The notes beneath the pieces were generated by a model. It was not told the origin of the DNA, did no database searches, and saw nothing but the letters and a program-made list of their open reading frames with translations. Positions 56,732-64,000 of a DNA stretch of 64,000 nt are shown here, in pieces. Every line of letters starts with the position of its first letter. The first letter of the stretch is position 1. Made by a program: the position numbers and the translations under genes. The DNA comes from Ancylobacter novellus (GTDB taxonomy: Bacteria; Pseudomonadota; Alphaproteobacteria; Rhizobiales; Methylopilaceae), in NCBI GenBank assembly GCA_003241695.1, contig QFPN01000007.1, positions 72,954 through 136,953 on the forward strand, given 5' to 3'.

Positions 56732-57979
56732 ATGACCACGATCGACCGCAGAAGCTTGCTCATGACCGGCGCGGGCCTTGCGGCCGGCGCCGCGCTGCCG
56801 CTCGCGGCCCCGCCGCTGATCCGGTCCGCCCGCGCGGCCGGTCCGGTGAAGCTCGGCTGTCTGTTCTCCTCGTCCGGTACGATGGCGAACCTCGAGGGTC
56901 GGATGAATTTCGTGGCCAAGATGGCTGCGGACGAGATCAACGCCGCGGGCGGCGTCAACGGCTCGACGATCGAGATCGTCACCTCCGACCCCGCCTCCGA
57001 CTGGCCGCTCTACGCGCAGATCGGCCGGCAGATGCTGGCCGAGACCAAGGTCGCGGCGCTGTTCGGCTGCTGGACGTCCGTGTCGCGCAAGTCGGTGCTG
57101 CCGGTCGTCGAGCAGAACGACGGACTGCTGTTCTATCCGCTCCACTTCGAGGGCGACGAGAACTCCAAGAACGTCGTCTACGTGAACTCGCCGCCTGCGA
57201 GCTCCGTGCTGCCGGCCGTCGACTACCTGATGAGCCCGGACGGCGTCGAGGCCAAGCGCTTCTTCATGATCGGCTCGGACTACGTCTGGCCGCGCACCAT
57301 CAACAAGCAGCTCAAGGGCTACTGGAAGTCCAAGGGCATCGAGGAGAGCGCGTGGAAGGAGGAGTATGTCCCCTTCGGCTTCTCGAACTTCCAGACGCTC
57401 GTGAACCAGATCCGCGCCTTCGCGGACGCGCCCGGCGGAAAATGCGTCGTGGTGCTGACGGTGGTGGGCTCGTCGATCCCAGATTTCATGCGCGAATTCG
57501 CCAACCAGGGCATCTCGTCGTCCGACGTGCCGGTGCTCGGCCTCGACATGGTGGAGGCGGACCTCGAGGGCCTCGACACCGCCAAGATGGTCGGCCACCT
57601 CAACTGCTGGGCCTATCTCCAGCAGGCCAAGGGCGACGCCAACGTCAAGTTTCTCAAGGCCTGGGCCGACTACGTGGCCAAGACCAAGGCCCCGTTCAAG
57701 CCGGACGTCGCCATCGACCCGATGGTCTCGACCTATGACGCCGTCCACCTCTGGGCGATGGCGGCCAAGAAGGCCGGCTCCTTCGACGTGCCGGAGGTGC
57801 GCAAGGCGTTCGACGGCCTGAGCTTCGACTGCCCCTCGGGCTACAAGATCGGCATGACGGCCGAGAACAACTACGTCTCGCGCGGCGTGTTCATCGGCTC
57901 GGTGAACGACAAGCAGGGCTTCGACGTGCTGTGGCAGTCGCCCGACACGCCGAAGCCTGTTCCGATGAGCCAGTACTGA
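56732..57979 (+). CDS. urtA: urea/short-chain amide ABC transporter substrate-binding protein
   Basis: Tat signal DRRSLL; SGTMA..DPASDWP..FGCWTSVSRKSVLPVVE..GSDYVWPR. Confidence 0.88.
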   Translation: MTTIDRRSLLMTGAGLAAGAALPLAAPPLIRSARAAGPVKLGCLFSSSGTMANLEGRMNFVAKMAADEINAAGGVNGSTIEIVTSDPASDWPLYAQIGRQMLAETKVAALFGCWTSVSRKSVLPVVEQNDGLLFYPLHFEGDENSKNVVYVNSPPASSVLPAVDYLMSPDGVEAKRFFMIGSDYVWPRTINKQLKGYWKSKGIEESAWKEEYVPFGFSNFQTLVNQIRAFADAPGGKCVVVLTVVGSSIPDFMREFANQGISSSDVPVLGLDMVEADLEGLDTAKMVGHLNCWAYLQQAKGDANVKFLKAWADYVAKTKAPFKPDVAIDPMVSTYDAVHLWAMAAKKAGSFDVPEVRKAFDGLSFDCPSGYKIGMTAENNYVSRGVFIGSVNDKQGFDVLWQSPDTPKPVPMSQY

Positions 57980-58029
57980 GGCGACGCCGCCTCGGCTTCC
58001 GCATGCGCCCGCCGATGCTCCCCGCAGAT

Positions 58030-58061
58030 CGTCATCCCCCGGCTTGTCCGGGGGATCCACG
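58030..58061. repeat. short intergenic palindromic repeat (REP-like)
   Basis: CGTCATCCCCCGG-cttgt-CCGGGGGATCCACG. Confidence 0.6.
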
Positions 58062-58110
58062 TCGCATCGTTGAGCGTCGCGTGACGGAAGGGCGGACGCT
58101 CCGCCGGGGC

Positions 58111-59718
58111 ATGGCGAGCCTTCTGAGGAAGGCCGCGGCGCTCGTCGTCGCCTCGATCCTGCTGGTTGTCCCCGCCCTCGCGCTCGATCGCCCCGTGATC
58201 GTGGGCCAGGCCTGCGGCGGTCCCGTCGCCATGACCGAGGCCGCCAACGCCCTGACGGCCGGCGTCGCGACCGCGTCGAAGGAAGACGCCGCGTGGGCGG
58301 CGACGCTCGCCGGCGCTGCGATCGACCGGACGCTGAAATGCGGCGCGGCTCCCGTCATCGCCGCGCCGTCAGGCGCGCTCGACGCGGCGACGCTGGCGCC
58401 TTCGGCTTCCGCTGACGGCTCGTCCCCGCTGCTCAGCCTGAAAAACCGTCCGCTGTTCGAAATCGCACGTGCGGCCGCGACGCTTTTCGCCGGAGCGACG
58501 CCCGGCGAGCGCGGCGCTGCGCTTTCGGCGCTGGAGCGACGGGCGGGATCGCTGCCGCCGGAGCTGTTCGAAAAAGCCGCCGAGGCCGAGGCGGACGCCG
58601 GGTTGAAGGAGCGCATTCTCGGCGTCGGGCAGGCGGCGCTGCTCGGTTCGCCGGACGTCGCCAAGCGCATCTCCGCGATCGAGCGCATTTCCGCCGGCGC
58701 CGACCGCCGCTCCCTCACCCAGATCGCCGGCCTCAGGTCCGATCCGGCCTACGCCGGGGACGCCGCCTTCAAGGCCGCGGTCGACGCCGGGGTCGCGTCG
58801 ATCGAGACGCGCCTGAAGATCTCGAACGCGCTCAACACGCTCTACAACGGCCTGTCCTTCGCCTCGATCCTGTTCATGGCCTCGGCCGGGCTCGCGATCA
58901 TCTTCGGGCTCATGGGCGTGATCAACCTTGCCCAGGGCGAGTTCATCATGATCGGCGCCTACGTCACCTATGCGGTGCAGGAGACGATCCGGGCCGCGGC
59001 GCCGGGGCTGCTCGACTGGTACCTGATCGCCGCCATCCCGATCGTGTTCCTCGTGACGGCGGGCGTCGGCGTGGCTCTCGAGGCGACGCTGGTCCGGCGG
59101 CTCTATTCCCGGCCGCTCATGACGCTGCTCGCCACCTGGGCCGTGAGCCTGCTGATCGTGAATCTCGTGCGCGTCGCGATCGGCACGCAGAACCTCCAGT
59201 TCGTGACGCCGTTCTGGATGTCGGGCGGCCATCTCGTGACGGGCGACTTCATCGTCACCTGGAACCGCCTGTTCGCGATCGTCTTCGCCGTCGCGACGCT
59301 CGCGCTCACATGGTTTGTGCTCAAGCGCACGCCGCTCGGCCTCAACATCCGCGCCGTCACCCAGAACCGGGCCATGGCCGGCTGCGTCGGCATCGCAACG
59401 AGGCGAGTCGACATGATGGCGTTCGGGCTGGGCTCCGGGCTCGCCGGCCTCGCGGGGCTGGCGCTCTGCCCGATCTACAACGTGAACCCGCAGATGGGCT
59501 CCAACTTCATCGTCGACAGCTTCATGGTCGTGGTGCTGGGCGGCGTCGGCACGCTCGCCGGCACGGTGATCGCCTCGCTCGGCGTCGGCCAGGTCAACGT
59601 GCTGATCGAGCCGCTCTACGGCGCGGTCGCGGCCAAGGTCATCGTCCTGCTGATGATCATCGCGTTCCTGCAGTGGCGGCCCGAAGGGCTGTTCGCGGTG
59701 AAGGGGCGACGGAAGTGA
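58111..59718 (+). CDS. urtB: urea ABC transporter permease UrtB-like
   Basis: Periplasmic N-domain, then GLAIIFGLMGVINLAQGEFIMIGAY..LLATW..IRAVTQNR..DSFMVVVLGGVG. Confidence 0.9.
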   Translation: MASLLRKAAALVVASILLVVPALALDRPVIVGQACGGPVAMTEAANALTAGVATASKEDAAWAATLAGAAIDRTLKCGAAPVIAAPSGALDAATLAPSASADGSSPLLSLKNRPLFEIARAAATLFAGATPGERGAALSALERRAGSLPPELFEKAAEAEADAGLKERILGVGQAALLGSPDVAKRISAIERISAGADRRSLTQIAGLRSDPAYAGDAAFKAAVDAGVASIETRLKISNALNTLYNGLSFASILFMASAGLAIIFGLMGVINLAQGEFIMIGAYVTYAVQETIRAAAPGLLDWYLIAAIPIVFLVTAGVGVALEATLVRRLYSRPLMTLLATWAVSLLIVNLVRVAIGTQNLQFVTPFWMSGGHLVTGDFIVTWNRLFAIVFAVATLALTWFVLKRTPLGLNIRAVTQNRAMAGCVGIATRRVDMMAFGLGSGLAGLAGLALCPIYNVNPQMGSNFIVDSFMVVVLGGVGTLAGTVIASLGVGQVNVLIEPLYGAVAAKVIVLLMIIAFLQWRPEGLFAVKGRRK

Positions 59719-59769
59719 GGGCGCGGCAAGCCTGCCAGCGCATCACGTTTGGGGGCGGGCGCCGCCGCC

Positions 59770-59900
59770 CACCTCTCCCCGGCGGGGAGAGGTCGACGAC
59801 GCGTCAGCGTCGGCAGGTGAGGGGGAGCAGCCCTCTCCGGATAGCGCAAGGCCCCCTCACCCGGCCCTTCGGGCCGACCTCTCCCCGCCGGGGAGAGGTG
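59770..59900. repeat. intergenic composite palindromic element
   Basis: CACCTCTCCCCGGCGGGGAGAGGTCG at the left and its inverse at the right, with inner GTGAGGGGG/CCCCCTCAC. Confidence 0.7.
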
Positions 59901-59932
59901 AGGACCAGCGCCACCTTGTCGGGGCAGCCGTC

Positions 59933-61033
59933 ATGAACCCGAAGACCCACATCCTCCACCGCGTCTTCGAGGACCGCATCTTCGTCGGCGTGGCGTTCGC
60001 CGTCGCGCTTGCGGCGCTCGCGGTCGCAGCTTTCCCCGGCCTCTCGGGCTACCGCGTCAACGTCGTCGGCCAGCTCGCCTGCTTCGCGCTGCTCGCGCTC
60101 TCGCTCGACCTCATCTGGGGCTACGCCGGAATCCTGAGCCTCGGCCACGGCCTGTTCTTCGCGATCGGCGGCTATGCGATCGGCATGCACCTGCTGGAGC
60201 ACTCGGTCGCGACCACGGGGATTACGCCCGACGTCGTCCAGTTCATGGGCTGGAAGGCGCTGCCCGACTGGTGGGGTCCGCTCGCAAGCTTTCCCGTCGC
60301 GCTGATCGCGGCGTTCGGCGTCTCCTTCGCGGTCGCTTTCGTGTTCGGCTGGGTGTCGTTCAGATCCCGCGTCGGCGGCGTCTATTTCGCGATCATCACG
60401 CAGGCGCTCGTCTATGTCGCAATGCTGCTGATGTTCCGCAACGACACCGGCTTCGGCGGCAACAACGGCATGACCGGGTTCCAGACGATCTTCGGCGTCC
60501 CCTTCCAGTCGTCGGGCGTCGCCAAGGGGCTGGCGGCGGCCTCGCTCGTCGCGCTGGTCGTCGCGCTCGTCGCCTGCCGGCTGCTGATGATCGGCCGGTT
60601 CGGGCGCCTGCTGGTCGCGACGCGCGACGACGAAACGCGGCTGCGCTCGCTCGGCTACGAGACGCTGCGGCTGAAGCTCGGCGTCTGGTGCCTCTCGGCC
60701 GTGCTCGCGGCCATCGCGGGGCTGCTCTACGTGCCGCAGGTCGGCATCATCAATCCGCGCGTGCTGTCTCCTGAACTCTCGCTCGAGATCGCGGTCTGGT
60801 GCGCGATCGGCGGACGCGGGCGGCTCGCGGGCGCGGTGATCGGCGCGGTGCTGGTCAACGCGATCAAGTTCTCTCTCTCCGCCACCATGCCGGAGCTCTG
60901 GCCCTTCGTGCTGGCGGGCCTCGTGATCCTCGTGGCGCTGATCTTCCCGAACGGGCTCCTCGACATCGGCAAGTGGAAGCCGACCTGGATTTCTCGCCCA
61001 GACGCCTTCCAGCCGAAGGACGCGACGCCATGA
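59933..61033 (+). CDS. urtC: urea ABC transporter permease UrtC-like
   Basis: LDLIWGYAGILSLGHG..FRSRVGGVYFAIITQA..GFGGNNG..YVPQVGIINP. Confidence 0.9.
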   Translation: MNPKTHILHRVFEDRIFVGVAFAVALAALAVAAFPGLSGYRVNVVGQLACFALLALSLDLIWGYAGILSLGHGLFFAIGGYAIGMHLLEHSVATTGITPDVVQFMGWKALPDWWGPLASFPVALIAAFGVSFAVAFVFGWVSFRSRVGGVYFAIITQALVYVAMLLMFRNDTGFGGNNGMTGFQTIFGVPFQSSGVAKGLAAASLVALVVALVACRLLMIGRFGRLLVATRDDETRLRSLGYETLRLKLGVWCLSAVLAAIAGLLYVPQVGIINPRVLSPELSLEIAVWCAIGGRGRLAGAVIGAVLVNAIKFSLSATMPELWPFVLAGLVILVALIFPNGLLDIGKWKPTWISRPDAFQPKDATP

Positions 61034-61740
61034 CGGTCGCCGTCCTCGTCGAGTCGCTCACCGTCGAGTTCGGGCGCTTCCGGGCGATCGACGACCTGTC
61101 GCTCGCGATCGACTATGGCGAGGTGCGCGCGGTCATCGGCCCGAACGGCGCCGGCAAGACCACGCTGCTCGACGTGATCTCGGGGGTGAGCCGCGCGAAG
61201 ACGGGAAGAATCCTGTTCGACGAGACGATGGAGCTGACGCGCGCCTCGGAAGCCCGGATCGCGCGGTCGGGCGTGCGGAGGAAGTTCCAGAAGCCGAGCG
61301 TGTTCGAGGCGCTGACCGTCCGCGACAATGTCGAGATCGGGCTCGGCGGCGCGACGGACGCGACCGCCCGCGAGCGCGTCGAGAGGACGCTCGAAACCGT
61401 CGGGCTCGCCGCCGAGGCTGGCCGCCTCGCGGGCGAGCTCGCGCACGGCCAGAAGCAATGGCTCGAGATCGCCATGGTGGTGGTGTCGGAGCCCAGGGTG
61501 CTGATGCTCGACGAGCCCGTCGCGGGGCTCACGGACGAGGAGACCGAGCGCACCTCCGCGCTGATCCGCGCTCTCAAAAGCCCTAAGCGCGCCATCATCG
61601 TGGTCGAGCACGACATGGACTTTGTCGAGACCATCTCGGACCGCGTCACCGTCCTGCACGAGGGCCGCACGCTGTTCGAGGGCTCGATGGCCCGCGCGCG
61701 GACCGACGCCCGCGTCGTCGACGTCTATCTCGGCAGGTAG
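61030..61740 (+). CDS. urtD: ABC ATPase UrtD-like
   Basis: GPNGAGKT, RKFQKP, LAHGQKQWLEI, LDEP. Confidence 0.9.
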   Translation: MTVAVLVESLTVEFGRFRAIDDLSLAIDYGEVRAVIGPNGAGKTTLLDVISGVSRAKTGRILFDETMELTRASEARIARSGVRRKFQKPSVFEALTVRDNVEIGLGGATDATARERVERTLETVGLAAEAGRLAGELAHGQKQWLEIAMVVVSEPRVLMLDEPVAGLTDEETERTSALIRALKSPKRAIIVVEHDMDFVETISDRVTVLHEGRTLFEGSMARARTDARVVDVYLGR

Positions 61741-61744
61741 ACCG

Positions 61745-62437
61745 ATGAAGCTCGCCGTCCGCGACCTCGACCAGCACTACGGATCGGCGCAGGCGCTCCG
61801 ACGCGTCAGCTTCGAGATCGCGCCGGGCGAATGCCTCGCCGTGCTCGGCCGCAATGGCGCGGGCAAGTCGACCCTGCTGAAGTGTCTCGCGGGCGTTCTG
61901 CCCGTCACCCGCGGCGCGATCGAGTTCGACGGCGTCGACATGGCGCGCGCGCCGAACCACCGCCGCTCGCGCGCCGGCCTCGCCTATGTGCCGCAGGGCC
62001 GCGAGATCTTCGCGGAGCTGACGGTGAAGGAAAACCTCGTGGCCGCCGCCCGTCCGCATGGCGCCGCGACGGAAGCGACTTTCGAGGAGGTCTACGGCCT
62101 CTTCCCCGTCCTGCGCGAGATGGCGGGCCGGCGCGGCGGCGCGCTGTCGGGCGGCCAGCAGCAGCAGCTCGCGCTCGCCCGCGCGCTCGTGACCAGGCCG
62201 CAACTGCTCGTGCTCGACGAGCCGACTGAGGGCGTGCAGCCCTCGATCGTCCAGCTGATCGAAACGGTGCTGACCGGCCTCAAGGGCCGCCTCTCGATCC
62301 TGCTGGTAGAGCAGTATCTCGATTTCGCGACCGCGGTCGCCGACCGCTTCGTCGTCCTCTCGCGCGGCCAGGTGGTCGACGAGGGCGCGCGCGCAGAGAT
62401 GAGCCGCGAGCGGCTCTCGAAATTCATGTCCGTCTGA
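61745..62437 (+). CDS. urtE: ABC ATPase UrtE-like
   Basis: GRNGAGKS, YVPQGREIF, LSGGQQQQL, LDEPTEGVQP. Confidence 0.9.
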   Translation: MKLAVRDLDQHYGSAQALRRVSFEIAPGECLAVLGRNGAGKSTLLKCLAGVLPVTRGAIEFDGVDMARAPNHRRSRAGLAYVPQGREIFAELTVKENLVAAARPHGAATEATFEEVYGLFPVLREMAGRRGGALSGGQQQQLALARALVTRPQLLVLDEPTEGVQPSIVQLIETVLTGLKGRLSILLVEQYLDFATAVADRFVVLSRGQVVDEGARAEMSRERLSKFMSV

Positions 62438-62456
62438 AGAAAAGCGAGGGTAGCCC

Positions 62457-63395
62457 ATGGCCCGCCATCACACGATCTCGTCCGCGCCCGAAAACATGGT
62501 CTGGGGCTATCTGGACAGCGCGCTGAAGCCCGTCTGCCGGATCGCCTCGGGCGACACGGTCACGCTGACCTCCTTCCCGGCCGGCGGAAAAGAGTGTCTC
62601 CCCCCGGACCGTTCGCGCGTGCCCGCCGACTACATGGCGGCGCTCGACACGCTGACGCAGGGCGGCGGCCCGCACTTCATCACCGGCCCGATCCATGTCG
62701 AGGGCGCGGAGCCGGGCGACACGCTGCAGGTCGACATCCTCGAGGCGAAGCCGACCATGGACTGGGGCTTCGTCGCGATCCTGCCGCTGCTCGGGACGCT
62801 GCCGGACGAGTTCACCGACTACGAGACCATCCACCCCTCGATCAGCCCCAAGGGCGACGTCTGCACCATGCCGTGGGGCGTCGACATCCCGCTCGATCCG
62901 TTCTTCGGCATCATGGGCGTCGCGCCGCCGCCGGCCTGGGGCCGGTGCGGCTCGCCGGTGCCGCGCGCCTTCGGCGGCAACATGGACAACAAGGAGCTGA
63001 AGCCGGGGGTGACGCTCTACCTGCCGGTCTTCAACGAAGGCGCGCTGTTCTTCGCCGGCGACGGCCACGGCGTTCAGGGCGACGGCGAGGTCTGCATCAC
63101 GGCGCTTGAGATGGGCATCGAGGGCACGTTCCGCCTCACCGTGCGCAAGGACATGGCGATCGACTTCCCCTTCGCCGAAAGCGAGACCCACCTCATGTCG
63201 ATCGGCCTCGACGAGGACCTCGACGACGCCGCCAAGCAGGCGGTGCGGGAGATGGTGCGGCATGTCTGCACGCGCACGAACCTGACCCGCAACGAAGCCT
63301 ACATGCTGTGTTCGCTCGCCGGCGACCTGCGCGTGACCCAGCTCGTCGACGGCAACAAGGGCGTCCACATGATGCTGGCGAAATCCGTGGTCTGA
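62457..63395 (+). CDS. acetamidase/formamidase family protein
   Basis: GPIHVEGAEPGD..FGGNMDNK..LYLPV..GDGHGVQGDGEV..TALE. Confidence 0.93.
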   Translation: MARHHTISSAPENMVWGYLDSALKPVCRIASGDTVTLTSFPAGGKECLPPDRSRVPADYMAALDTLTQGGGPHFITGPIHVEGAEPGDTLQVDILEAKPTMDWGFVAILPLLGTLPDEFTDYETIHPSISPKGDVCTMPWGVDIPLDPFFGIMGVAPPPAWGRCGSPVPRAFGGNMDNKELKPGVTLYLPVFNEGALFFAGDGHGVQGDGEVCITALEMGIEGTFRLTVRKDMAIDFPFAESETHLMSIGLDEDLDDAAKQAVREMVRHVCTRTNLTRNEAYMLCSLAGDLRVTQLVDGNKGVHMMLAKSVV

Positions 63396-63514
63396 CAGGC
63401 GGCCGGACGGCCGGGACGCAAGCCGGCGGTTTGCGCCCGGCGCGCCGTCTGCGCCATTCTGCGGCGCGACGGCGTCCGGTTCGGGGACCGGGCCGGCAGT
63501 GCGGGTGACGCGGC

Positions 63515-64000
63515 GTGGACAAGATCGACAGGACATGGCGCGTCGGGATCCTGTTCTCGCGCAGCGGCGTGAGCGGGATCACCGAAAGCGAGCACTTCTT
63601 CGGAACGGCGCTCGCGATCGACGAGATCAACACCGCGGGCGGCGTGCTCGGGAGCCCGATCGAGCCGATCTGCTACGACCCGGCGGGCCGCACCGACGGC
63701 TATCGCGCCTTCGCCCGCCGCCTGCTCGCCGAGGACGGCGTCGAGGTGATCTTCGGCTGTTCCCTTTCGGCGAGCCGCAAGGCGACCCTCTCCACCATCG
63801 AACGCCACAACGGGCTGCTCTGGTATCCGTCCATCTACGAGGGGTTCGAATATTCCGAGAACGTGCTCTACACGAGCGCGACGCTGAACCAGAACGTGTT
63901 CGCGCTGGCGGACTTCCTGCTGCGCGATTACGGACCCCGCGTCTTCATCGTCGGGTCGGACTACATCTATCCGCGCGAATCGAACCGCGTCATGCGCGAC
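63515..64000 (+). CDS. AmiC-like amide-binding regulator (3' end outside window)
   Basis: Own translation: WRVGILFSRSGVSGITE..AIDEINTAGG..IFGC..ASRK..LWYPSIYEGFEYS..GSDYIYPRESN; no signal peptide. Confidence 0.8.
   Translation, partial: MDKIDRTWRVGILFSRSGVSGITESEHFFGTALAIDEINTAGGVLGSPIEPICYDPAGRTDGYRAFARRLLAEDGVEVIFGCSLSASRKATLSTIERHNGLLWYPSIYEGFEYSENVLYTSATLNQNVFALADFLLRDYGPRVFIVGSDYIYPRESNRVMRD

Noticed and set aside
58030..59900. Intergenic palindromes as a novel element
   Set aside because: They resemble common alphaproteobacterial REP-like repeats; listed as features only.
1..64000. CRISPR array, reverse transcriptase/DGR/retron, rRNA
   Set aside because: No regularly spaced repeat-spacer units, RT motifs or rRNA-like sequence noticed by eye.

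Overview
High-GC alphaproteobacterial (Hyphomicrobiales-like, inferred) chromosome segment dominated by one apparently near-complete ~52.7 kb temperate prophage (3277-55977) integrated at the 3' end of tRNA-Ser(GGA). It is bounded by a 14-bp direct repeat (CGCTCCCTCCGCCA) and by matching 20-bp arm-type repeats. Left flank: hisC, chorismate mutase and two membrane proteins. Right flank: an orphan IS3 orfA-like gene, an urtABCDE-like amide/urea ABC operon, a formamidase/acetamidase and a partial AmiC-like gene. The prophage combines a P4-type integrase and AlpA, a lambda-like head/packaging module, a Mu-like contractile tail with a -1 frameshift tail chaperone, a lambdoid cI/cro switch and a second P22-immI-like arc/mnt/antirepressor module. 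The best candidate for an uncharacterised system is the cargo block between cI and the second operator cluster: an AT-rich DUF262 + RxxxxH-HEPN pair inside a decayed IS1595, a lipoprotein and an atypical hicBA-like pair. Other notable points: a phage-borne MucR/Ros, a LexA-boxed SRAP operon, a primase-helicase whose Zn-finger is in a different overlapping frame, two small paralogues antisense between cro and cII, a tape measure with two cell-wall hydrolase domains, and relics of a displaced endolysin and a foreign tail chaperone. All family calls come from motif recognition by eye; no searches were run.
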